Below are positions 12,938 through 23,040 of a stretch of DNA of 64,000 bases, piece after piece; positions within the stretch are counted from its first letter, which is position 1; every line of letters starts with the position of its first letter. The DNA comes from Selaginella moellendorffii. Its lineage: Eukaryota; Plantae; Lycopodiophyta. The stretch is taken from contig NW_003314293.1 of assembly GCF_000143415.4 (NCBI RefSeq), positions 310,001-374,000 on the forward strand, given 5' to 3'. The notes under the pieces are model-generated. The model searched no databases, had not been told where the DNA came from, and saw only the letters and a program-made list of their open reading frames with translations. The position numbers and the translations under genes are program-made.

Positions 12938-15871
12938 ATGCTTGGAAGTGCCCATCGGGTGGGAGAGCTCGATCACCACCATCTCCATCACTACTACCAG
13001 CAGCTCGGAGCTCTCAACAATCACTACCTGCGCGGCGGCGGCCACCAGGAGCTCCACCTCCATCGCAAGCTCGAAGATCACCACCACCAGCACCACCACT
13101 TCAATCTTCTCGGTGGAGCTCCATTCTCCGCAGCGAGCGGGAGCCTGTATGGTGGTGGCGCTGCCGTGGAGCCAACCTCCGTGCTGGATCTGTGGAGCCC
13201 GAGCCCGAGCTCCAAAGGTGGCGGCTGCTGCTCTGGAGTATCCTCCTCGGGGGGTCTCAACGATCACGCCGCCGCCAGGCTCGCCGCCACCACCGCCGCC
13301 GCCGCTGGGCACCACGGATCGCCCTCTTCCTTCGATGATAACCGGAGCAACACGAGCGAGAAGAGCGTGGAGGCGGCGCGGAGGTTCCTGGACCAGGAGG
13401 AGGAGGAGCAGCGGCGGAAGAACAGCAAGAGCGCCAAGAACACCGCTGTGAGTAGCAGGCTCGTGGTAGCGGCGGCGGCGGCGGGATGGAAGAGCGGCGA
13501 AGAGGAGGAGGAAGCGGCGGCGAGGAGGTCGAGAGACAAGAGCTTGGACGAATGGCTGGCGGATCTCCAGCAGCAGAAGCTCCACATCCCGGCGGCGGCG
13601 GAGGAGGAGCTGGAGCTCACGAGCAACAACAGGGGAGTGTTCTTCCAGTCGCCGCCAGCGTGCTCGTCGTCCAACACCGGGAGCCACAGGCCGGGAGATA
13701 TCGAGGTGGAAATCTTCCCTCCGCCACCACCGCCACCGATCGATCAAGTCCACGCCCAGCAGCAGTATGGAATGGAGGAGCTCGAGAGGATGCTCCTCTC
13801 GCCTTCCTCCGGGGGAATGGGAGGAGCCGCCGCTGCCGCGAATCAGCACCACCAGCAGCTCGCGAAGTGGCTCCTGGGCGATGCCGCGCAACAGGATCAT
13901 CACTTCTTCCCAGCGATCCCGGCAAAGGAGGAGGAGCCGCTGTTCTTCCCGCAAGCATCGGCCCCCAATCCATCGCTCGCATTTGCCGAGTCCCGGCATT
14001 TGCCGCTGGCGATCCAGCCGCAGCCATCGCTCCTCTCCCCGCCGCGGCCGAAGATCATCCAGCAGCACCAAGACATCGGCCTGGAGCAGCTCTTCCACCC
14101 CGTGGATCCGCCCCATTTCGCAGCAAATCCCGGGCCGGGGCACGAGCTCCGATCGATCGATCGGTCGCCTAGCAGGAATTTCCAGGCGCAGCAGCAGCAG
14201 GGGCGGGAATCCCCGGGATGGGAGCTAGATCGCAAGAGGAAGGAGCACTACCCCGAAATTCCCGATCTTTCTTCCAAGAACCGGGCTCCCTACAGCTCCT
14301 CGACATTCGCAGTGCCGCTGGCAGTGGAATCTCGCTCGATCTCGCCATGGCAGCAGCAGCAGCGGCAAGAATTCCAAGAACACCACCGGGATCTCCCGCC
14401 AAACCCTAAGCTCCAGTGCGTGCGCGGCGGCGGGGACGATCGCCATCGCCATGGCCGCGGCGGCAGCGGCAGCGGCAGCGGCAGCGGCAACGGCAGGGAT
14501 CCCAGCGCCATCGCATTTGGATCGGGATTTGGCAGCGGCGCCCCTGTGGCGGCGAGCTCCAATCCAGGCGGAGGAGGCGCAGGGGCAGGGATTCCAAGCG
14601 TACTATCGGTGCCGGATGAGGGGCTGGGGCTCATGGATCAGCTCCTCCATCTCGCACAGGCCATCGACGTTGGGAGCAATCACGTTGCTCAGTCGATATT
14701 GGCGCGGCTCAATCAGCATTTGTTCTGTCACCAGGGCAAACGCATCCAGCGTTTGGCCTTCTACTTCAAGGAGGCCCTCGCAGCGCGGATGATCGATCAT
14801 CATCCCGCCACCACCACCACCACCACCACCACCTCCGCCACCACCACTCCGGCGGAGATTTTCGCCAAGGTCAGGGCCTACACCAGCTTCTGCGAGATCT
14901 CGCCGCTCCTCCGCTTCGCCTATCTCTCCGCCAACCAGGCGATTCTCGAGGCGATCCAGGGCGAGGCCAGCGTCCACATTGTGGATTTCGACCCCGGGTT
15001 TGGCAGCCAGTGGGCGGCGCTGCTGGAGGATGTCGCAAGAACGCCGGCGGCGCTGCCACAGCCCCGGTTACGGCTGACGCTAGTGGGGCCGGACCCGGCG
15101 CGGCTGGGGTTCGTGGTGGAGAGCCTCCGGGAGTTCGCGGGGGAGCTCCACTTGCGGCACACACCCCAGTTTGGGCTGGTCCAGTGCGCCGCAGCCGGGG
15201 AGATGACGCCGCCGCTGCTGGGGCTGACTGACGGCGAGCCGGTGGTGGTCAACTTTATGTTCAGCCTCCACCGGTCGCTGGCGGCGCGGGGCGGTACGGA
15301 CGCGGCCGTCAGCGCCGTCATGACGGCATCGCCCCGGCTGGTCACCATCGCGGAGGAGGAGGTGGACGACAATGACGGCAAATTCCAGCGGAGATTCGTG
15401 GAGACGCTGCAGTACTACGCGTTTGTGCTGGACTCGCTGGGGCCCGAGGACGGCGCGGGGGTGCTCACCGTGGAGAAGGATATTCTGTCGCCCGGGATCG
15501 CTAACGCCGTCAGCCTGGAGGGCGCTCGGCGTACCGAGAGGCACGAGAGGCTGGCGCAGTGGAGGGCCCGGTTGGGGCGCGGGGGGCTGGAACCGGTCCC
15601 CATGGGCGAGGCGGCGAGAATGCAGGCCGAGTGTTTGATCAAGGGCCACTCCCACGGGAAGAACTTTGAGGTTTGCCGGGACGAGGGAGGGCTGCTCTTG
15701 GGGTGGCAGGGAAAGCCTTTGGTCGCGGTTTCGTCGTGGACTCCCGCGAGTTCTTCCTCGGCGGTGGAAGGATCGAACAACATCAACAACAGTTTGATCA
15801 ACAATTCGATCATCATCAGTTCCAGCGTTTCGAATTCCAACATCGCCAACAACAACATCAACAAGTGCTGA
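12938..15871 (+). CDS. HAM: GRAS transcription factor, HAM/SCL6 (LOM) subfamily, intronless, 977 aa
   Basis: GRAS motifs ILARLN, QRLAFYF, ANQAILEA, VHIVDFD, RTERHE and a SAW-like VSSW; HAM N-terminal EPTSVLD..SPSP motif; miR171 site. Confidence 0.93.
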   Translation: MLGSAHRVGELDHHHLHHYYQQLGALNNHYLRGGGHQELHLHRKLEDHHHQHHHFNLLGGAPFSAASGSLYGGGAAVEPTSVLDLWSPSPSSKGGGCCSGVSSSGGLNDHAAARLAATTAAAAGHHGSPSSFDDNRSNTSEKSVEAARRFLDQEEEEQRRKNSKSAKNTAVSSRLVVAAAAAGWKSGEEEEEAAARRSRDKSLDEWLADLQQQKLHIPAAAEEELELTSNNRGVFFQSPPACSSSNTGSHRPGDIEVEIFPPPPPPPIDQVHAQQQYGMEELERMLLSPSSGGMGGAAAAANQHHQQLAKWLLGDAAQQDHHFFPAIPAKEEEPLFFPQASAPNPSLAFAESRHLPLAIQPQPSLLSPPRPKIIQQHQDIGLEQLFHPVDPPHFAANPGPGHELRSIDRSPSRNFQAQQQQGRESPGWELDRKRKEHYPEIPDLSSKNRAPYSSSTFAVPLAVESRSISPWQQQQRQEFQEHHRDLPPNPKLQCVRGGGDDRHRHGRGGSGSGSGSGNGRDPSAIAFGSGFGSGAPVAASSNPGGGGAGAGIPSVLSVPDEGLGLMDQLLHLAQAIDVGSNHVAQSILARLNQHLFCHQGKRIQRLAFYFKEALAARMIDHHPATTTTTTTTSATTTPAEIFAKVRAYTSFCEISPLLRFAYLSANQAILEAIQGEASVHIVDFDPGFGSQWAALLEDVARTPAALPQPRLRLTLVGPDPARLGFVVESLREFAGELHLRHTPQFGLVQCAAAGEMTPPLLGLTDGEPVVVNFMFSLHRSLAARGGTDAAVSAVMTASPRLVTIAEEEVDDNDGKFQRRFVETLQYYAFVLDSLGPEDGAGVLTVEKDILSPGIANAVSLEGARRTERHERLAQWRARLGRGGLEPVPMGEAARMQAECLIKGHSHGKNFEVCRDEGGLLLGWQGKPLVAVSSWTPASSSSAVEGSNNINNSLINNSIIISSSVSNSNIANNNINKC
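14695..14715 (+). promoter_or_regulatory. miR171 target site
   Basis: GATATTGGCGCGGCTCAATCA is the exact complement of miR171 UGAUUGAGCCGCGCCAAUAUC. Confidence 0.95.
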
Positions 15872-16329
15872 TTGGTATCAAACATCATCACCACCAAAGT
15901 TTCCAGCTTCAAAGTTTTCTTCGAAGTTCCTTCCAACTTTTTTGGTGGCTCAGCTCAGTCTCTTTTTTTCGTTCTTTTCGTTTTCCTTGTTTCCTTCTTG
16001 TTTTGTTGTTTTGCTTTTGACACTGCAGCACAGCAGCAGCAGCTCTCTGTTTTTGCTGTTTCCTGCTGTGGAAGCTCCAGCAAAAAAAAAAAAGCGCAAA
16101 AAGAGTTTCTTCTTTTCCAGCAATACATTTTATGTGTAGAGTAGTTTATCCGTGCTACGGTCTCTTTCTAAGAAAACTAACGAAAGAAACTTGGCAGTAT
16201 TTTCTAGATATACTCTTGGAAAAAGTCTTCCAAGAAAGGAGAAAAGGAAAATACGATCCATTTTCTTCGAACCTTTTTTTATAAAAAAGTTCCCTTTGGA
16301 AACGAAGAAAAAAATTTCATTTACCAGAG

Positions 16330-17922
16330 CTATAGAAAAACTGTCTCCTGGTCGAGTCCCTGGTACTGGAGTAGCTCCCTCGAGCAAAACCCCGGATCCA
16401 AAAACTGTGCTACAAACTCCCAAAGCTGAAACACGTCCCCGAAAGTTGTGACAAGTCCCAGCGTCGCACAGAGAACGCTCTGGACGCTTGAGGACGAGGC
16501 CTCCAGCTTTCTCACGCAAAAGTAGGAGTTTTCCTCCATCGCTGCTGGCCGAGCTTGGATCGCTCCAGTCCCCAGAGAGATGTTGGACCTATTTGCGAGC
16601 CTCTGGACGAGCTCCGGATCCAAGAACTCGCCGGAGTTGTCCGAGAGGCTGAAGGCTAGAGCCGGGCCGGAGTCCTCGGGGCTGTGGAAGGTAACGAGTC
16701 CTGGACGGCCCGGCGATGGATGCCGGAGTAGCAGCAGCGAAGCTCTCAGCCAGCCGAGTAGCGAGTCCTGTCTCATGCTTGCGAGCTCGGCCAGCTTCTC
16801 GGCGTGATGGAGGCCATGGAAGCTGGAAGCTCTCGACGTAGAGTAGTAGTATCTCGTTGCTTGGAACTCGGATGATCTCGTCAACTTTACCGACGGACTG
16901 ACGGATTCTTTGAGCGGCTTTGGCTTGGCAACTTCCAGCCTCCGCTGTGGATTCATTCCATTGTCTTTTCTAGAGCTCAAGCTCGCTGCTGCGTCGTAGC
17001 TCTCGGATTTCTGCTTAAAGCTCTCTGGAATTTGGAGAAAACTGCTATGAGCTTTCACAACTTTCACCATCCCGGCAGCACGGCCTCCAGAGCAATCGCC
17101 CAGCATGGATTTTTTCACGACGAGGCATCCAAAGCCCGTTGGATCCATCCCAAACACTTTGTAGAAGGAGCCAACGAGAAAATCTGGAGATAATCCTGCT
17201 AAGTCCATGGACGAGCTCGCAGCTCCAATCCCAGAGACGTCGAGAAGAACGCACCAGCCATTATCCCGAGCTTCCTTGATCCACTCTACCGAGTTCTTGG
17301 TTCCTGTCACCCTGGAAACTATCGGATACGCGAACAGCCCCTTGAATTCCCGCTTGTGCTTCTTAAGTTTCCTTTGCAGGCTCCTTCGATCGATGCCAAA
17401 ACCGGTGCTGGAAAGAGTGGCATGCACAACCTTGGCACCGGTAGCGCGAGCGCTCTCTTCGATCCTGCTTAAGCCTTCGTTCTTAAAGTCATAGCCGAGG
17501 AGAATCCGGCCAAAGTGGAAAGAATCGACCAAGAGCCGCAGCGCCGAGCAAGAATCCGCCGCGAAGACGATGGAGTAGTCCCGCTCGTCCAGCCCGAGGT
17601 GAGCTAAGATCCTGGCTCGCATCGTCCCTTCGATCGAGCGGGAGTCCTCGTAGAGCGCGTGAGAGACGAGGCTTGTCGGCGCATAAGCCAGCGCGAAGTT
17701 TTGGTGCTCGCGCGAGGAAAAGATCCCAATCCCGCCATAGTCGAAGCAAGCGTGGCGATCTTCGTCCAGGTGGGGATACTCCGTCCTCCTGAGGCTGTCG
17801 ATAGCGCAGGTTGCTTGGTACTCCGGATAGAGCTCGAGGAATGCGGCCTGGGCCGAGTGGAGATCGGGCAAATCCTCCCATACCAAGCCCATTGATGGAT
17901 CTCGTCGCTCTCTCTGTAGCAT
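16330..17922 (-). CDS. Molybdenum cofactor sulfurase-like PLP-dependent transferase family protein (aminotransferase class V fold), intronless
   Basis: IDSLRRTEYPHL..CFDYGG, SRVTG..WIKEARDNGWCVLLD, SPDFLVGSFYKVFGMDPTGFGCL, GPALAF, VQRLANRSNISLG and TFGDVFQLWEFVAQFLD match this plant family. Confidence 0.88.
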   Translation of the reverse strand: MLQRERRDPSMGLVWEDLPDLHSAQAAFLELYPEYQATCAIDSLRRTEYPHLDEDRHACFDYGGIGIFSSREHQNFALAYAPTSLVSHALYEDSRSIEGTMRARILAHLGLDERDYSIVFAADSCSALRLLVDSFHFGRILLGYDFKNEGLSRIEESARATGAKVVHATLSSTGFGIDRRSLQRKLKKHKREFKGLFAYPIVSRVTGTKNSVEWIKEARDNGWCVLLDVSGIGAASSSMDLAGLSPDFLVGSFYKVFGMDPTGFGCLVVKKSMLGDCSGGRAAGMVKVVKAHSSFLQIPESFKQKSESYDAAASLSSRKDNGMNPQRRLEVAKPKPLKESVSPSVKLTRSSEFQATRYYYSTSRASSFHGLHHAEKLAELASMRQDSLLGWLRASLLLLRHPSPGRPGLVTFHSPEDSGPALAFSLSDNSGEFLDPELVQRLANRSNISLGTGAIQARPAAMEENSYFCVRKLEASSSSVQSVLCATLGLVTTFGDVFQLWEFVAQFLDPGFCSRELLQYQGLDQETVFL

Positions 17923-18961
17923 CTAACGGGATTTTCTAGAAGAATACCTCATCGCACTGCTCGATCGAGTCGTGGCGCATTGATCACAATGCCAGGCCAG
18001 CGCGACGACTCCATCCAATGCGTGTGGCTCCGCGCAGCAAACGGAGACCTACAAACTTTCAAAGTCAACAATGAGGAATCAGCCCTAATTTTAAATTTTA
18101 GGGCATACCGGGAAGAGCCCTAAAACCAGAGGAAGGGCGAAAAGTCGACCGGATTCCGGGGACTGGAGCTCTGATTTGGAAATTCGATCGCTCGCAATCA
18201 CACAAAGATGGCTAGAAACGTAATAAAAAGAAGGGGGCGCATATCTATAATCCCGAAGAAGATGCTTCCCCCACTTCCTAAATGCGCAAAGAAAACTTTA
18301 TATAGCGGCCTTTGGTATAAAACTAGGGCTCTTGCGAATCCCCGGTGGTGTGTGTGTGTTCTCCATACAGTAGTTAATAGTTTGTAGTGTGAGAGTGGGA
18401 GAGAGAGAGAGAGAGAGAAGGGGGAGGGCTCATCAAATCTACGACAGTATCATTTGTCTCTAGGAGTTTTCTCGATCGCTCACGCCACTGATACGCCACA
18501 CACTTCTCCGCCCAAAGGAAGATTACTGCGACACACACACACCCACCAGTGAGTTCTAGAGCGAGTGTGAGCGGTGTGGCTGGAGAGAGGAGGCCGCAAG
18601 CGTGGCGCACACATGAAACGATCGATCATCACGCATTTGTTGTGATAACTGATTGATTCCTTCGCTTTCGCCTCAATTCGCCGTAACCCCCTGTCTCTCT
18701 CTCTCTCTCTCATTTGTTTTGCTCTTGGCTCTTTCGGTACAATTGCAAAGCGCCACCAAGCTGGTGTTTTCTTCTTCTTCGTCGTCGTCGTCCTCTTCTT
18801 CCTTCGCTCGTTTCCCATCTCTTGATTTTCCAGCGATCTCTTTCGCTTTGCGATCTTCTTGAAGTGTTTTTCTTTGTAGTTCTTCTTTTGCTCTAGTTGC
18901 TAGCATCCAAATTGAGTGATCGTGCGCGAGCCATCGCTCGCAGCGAGAGTCGTCCAAGACC

Positions 18962-20158
18962 ATGGTTTGGAGCAGATCGATGCTGGACGCGGTTCTTGTA
19001 CCCGTTGCGATCCTCATCATCGTCGCCTATCACATTTTTCTCCTGTACAAGATCAGAAAGGACCCGCTCCAGACCGTGATCGGCATCAACAACATCGCCA
19101 AACGCGCCTGGGTGCGCAGTATCATGAAGGTACACACTCCCACTCAGCATTCGCTCCTCTTTGCAAATTTGAAATGCTTCTCTCCCTGCAATGTCGAAAT
19201 GGGTCCGGCAATTCGGGCGAATTCCCGAGATTGGATCACAGCCCACGTCCGATCTCTGTACTGGGTCCTGGAATCCAGTGTTACCAACAAGAAATGTGCG
19301 GCGGATCAGGCATTTTTCCGGTTGTGGGTGGCAATCCCACAAGGCACATCAAGAACATAGCCTTCGCCTTTGCTGCGCAGCAGTTTTTTTCTTGTCTTTG
19401 CCCATTAAGTGCGTAACGGATTGGATCGCAATTGTGGGAGAGAATTTGGGCCTGTGTTTGGTAAAGATGCGCCACCTTTTTTCGCTTTGTTGCTTGCGTG
19501 CATGGGTTCTTTAATGATGGAAGCTAGAATCAAACCTTTCCCTCTCTCACGCACACACACGAAATGCGCTGGACCGATTAGTCACTACTAACCGAGATGC
19601 TTTTCCTGGCAGGACATGGACAAGAAGAACATCCTTGCCGTCCAGACGCTGCGAAACTCCATCATGGCCTCGACGCTCATGGCGTCCACCGCGATCCTCC
19701 TCACCTCGGGCGTCGCCGCCTTCCTTAGCAGCAACTATTCCGTCAAGCGCCCGCTCGAGAGCGCCGTCTATGGCGCCAGGGACGATTTCTCCATCGCCGT
19801 GAAGTTCCTCTCGCTGCTCGCATGCTTCCTCTTCTCCTTCCTTTGCTACATGCAATCCATCCGCTTCGTCAACAACGTGAACTACCTCATCAACGTCCCA
19901 CCGTCGTACGGGTCCCCGCTGATCACGCCGGAGTTCGTGGGCGATGTTCTCGTACGGGGGTTTGCGTTCTACAGCATCGGGACGAGGGCGTTTTACGTGG
20001 CGTTCCCGCTGCTGCTGTGGATATATGGCCCAATCCCGGTGCTGCTCTGCTCGATCGCGCTCGTCCCAGTGCTCTACCATCTGGATGTTAGTGGGGATGT
20101 GGTGGGAGCTGTTCGTGATGTGGACGAGAAGCCTGTGAATCAACAGTTCATGGTGTGA
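18962..20158 (+). CDS. DUF599 family membrane protein; exons 18962-19129 and 19613-20158
   Basis: LDAVLVP..YH..P..TVIGIN..WV..IMK|D.KKNILAVQTLRNSIMASTLMAST..GTRAFYVAFPLLLWIYGP..LYHLD. The 483-bp GT-AG intron has a TACTAAC branch point near 19586. Confidence 0.92.
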
Positions 20159-22324
20159 TTGAATGATATCTGTGGCAATGGTTTTAGGCCAAGTGGGGAA
20201 TTGGATCTGGATCTTTTGGATGGATCAAGGGATACGGTTTTTGATGCTTATGTTTGTTCCTGTCCAGCTGAGAGGGGAGAACACAGTAAAATTAATTATG
20301 ACCGGGGAATGAAATAGGACTGGGAACATTATCTACGTCGTGTTCGCTACTGTCAAGACACTTTGATATGATATCGATTCTAGACACCATATATTGGCAC
20401 ACTTTCTAGTGTTTGGAATATGGGACTTGGAATTTGTTGAGCACTTGGCCCTCAGGCACTTTTAAATAACAAGAGTTTCCTTTGAGTATAATATTATCTT
20501 TATTAACAAACACGAACCCCTAGCCAATGCAATACTTTAAACTATCCAATTTAATGCTAACAAAATAGAATAAAATAGCTTCTATAGGATTTTCTTAGAA
20601 TATTCAAGCATATAATAAAATATATTCAGAAATTTCAAATATATAATCATGTAAATTTTCTGTGCAAAGTAAATCAAAATGGGTTAAGTATCAATTCGGC
20701 TCCTCAAAAGTTTGCCAGAGGCCTCTTCAAACGGCTAAGCTGGTGAGCTTTTAATATTTTAAATAATATTTAAGATAAAAAAGCAAACCATGTTATGGCA
20801 AGGTGCAACAATTATTCAATTTGATAGGTGTATAAAATGATAAAACAAGTAATTGAAATAACTCCAAGACCAAGTAATATAATACAAATATTCAAGCATT
20901 TTGTAAACTGTACTTTAATCCAGTAGTCATGATTTTCTGCTGTAAAATTTTCTATAATTCATTTGTAATCAATATGAATGATAATATTATTACATTACTA
21001 ATATAAACCGCTATATAAATTTCTAATTAAAATGTATGTCGAGGTTTTAGATTTTCTAGGGCAAAATGTTTTGGCAATCTCGTTGTCGCGATGGACAGCC
21101 TCACGGTCTGGAATTCGCTGATTCTGAATGGTGATGAAAGAATAGGTACTTCATTTTCTTATTCAGTTTGTAGAATTAAAGAGAGGATTTGCGTAGGGCT
21201 GAGACATTTTGCCGAAATGCAGCAGTAGGAATCTCTCAAGCTTGGGATATCTATTCTCGCCATGTTTTGTAGAATTCCCAAGCTTGCATCTTCGAGCATC
21301 TTTCTCTAATTTCCTTTTTCTCTTCTACTGAAGGAATAAAAACAAGGACGCTGAGTGCTTGTTAAGTTTTGGCACAGCTTCAGACAAAGGCTTTGTAGCC
21401 AGTCGAGAATTTTCCAAGCCATTGGCGGCCTTCTCTAAAGTACTGCACCAGGTCTCTGTGTTTGCTTTCAAGGCTAGAGCTTTATTTTTTCTTTTCATTT
21501 ACCTTCATCGTTACAGAAGTTCAAGAGGTTGTTGTGAAGCTCTTACATTTCTTTGTGACAAGGCTCACTATGGAGGACAAAACTTCGGAATCAGCGCAAG
21601 AACTATCCTTTGTCGAGGCATCTGTCGCTGCAGCAAAATCCTGGGATGTTTAAAGTGATGGAAGTGTTGAAAATACTTTTGATCTGGGTAAGTTATCGCT
21701 GGCGTTCAATCACTTCTAATTTTTGTTTTCTTTTACTTCTCACAGTCGTGTTTGTATATTCGTGTGTGTTTGTAGGAGGCCAGTCGGAAGTGTAGAGAAG
21801 GGAAGGTGTTAAGTAAAAGTTACAAGACGGGCTCTTACATTCGCGTTTATGGATTTGGGACAGGACAAAGGTGGCAAGCAAAGACGAAAAGCCCAACAGG
21901 ACTTCCCTCCAGTGCCGAAGAAGCCCAAAGCCGAGGCGCTTTGGATCGTGCACTGTTGATTAGGCAAAATAGGAATATTACTGGATAACCAGTCCCGTCT
22001 CCCTGAATTTGAAATCTTCTAACTTTATTGTATGCAAGTGAGCATGAAAGTTTGGTCAAACACCGTCATGGAGCCAGAGTCATGTAGGAGCATGACAAAG
22101 CCAAAGGGCTCATCCTTAACATCCTCCGCCTGGCCGTGGAGGTCGTATCAACAATTCTAGATGGAAGCGCCCACTATAATTCCAGGGAGACTCTTTCCAA
22201 GCACCTTCGCCTTCCTTCATATATTGCCATGGAGTCCTGGATGTTGGACAGTAAGGGACACAGAGAATAAAAAAGTTATGGTTCTCTTCACTCTAGCTTT
22301 ACTGAGGAAAATTTATATCACAAA

Positions 22325-23040
22325 GTCCTACTGGGGAAGGAGAAAGGCTTTGGTGAAAGAAGCCAAAGTGGTGGTGATGGAGAGCAACAATAGCGCTGGT
22401 TGAACTTCTGGATAGCCATGGCAAGAATTGGCATTGGAGTGAAGAGGCTCTAGTCCTTATTCTATGTTCACTCATCTTGGTGTTTTCACTCCACATTTTT
22501 GGTGCACTGTCTAAGAACAAAGAGTAGCATGGAAAGTGAGAAGAGTGAGTGCTAGATAGGCCAGGTTACCTTCCGAAGTCAAAGGCCATCTTGTTCCTAT
22601 GCAAGAAAAATGTTGGATAGTGGGGATGCTATAAAAGAAATCAGACTATTAAACTAGCAAGTAAGAAGAAAAAAGGGATGAAGAGAAAAAATCCAAAAAA
22701 TAACCAAAATATAGTGGTTTATGAGGTTCTAGAGTGAGCAGAGCACAATTATTAAGGGCTAGGACATCAAAATCTTTGGGTTTTTCTTTGTTTTAAATTA
22801 ACCATGATTAACTAGTGAAGACTATGAATAATTTGTGTGAAGGAGAAGAGAAAGGCTTTGGGGAAAGAAGTAGAAATGGTGTTAAAAAGCAACATTAATG
22901 CTAGTGCTGTTGGGAAGGCCGAAGAAGATGAAGCTCCTAATGGCTATGGCAAGGATTAGCACAGGAGCAAGAGGACTCTAGTTCTTAAATGGCATGCCTT
23001 CTATGCTTCTTGGGTGGTGTTGGAGTTTTCACTCTCATAA
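22325..23040 (+). repeat. Diverged direct repeat (about 22325-22500 and 22835-23040)
   Basis: Shared blocks AGAAAGGCTTTGG.GAAAGAAG, AGCAACA, ATGGCAAG.ATT, CTCTAGT.CTT and GTTTTCACTC occur in the same order. Confidence 0.7.

Noticed and set aside
12911-15936. Many long overlapping and antisense ORFs (e.g. 410 aa at 12911-14143, minus strand) over the GRAS gene
   Set aside because: Expected shadow ORFs of a GC-rich, codon-biased CDS; low complexity and no domain motifs.
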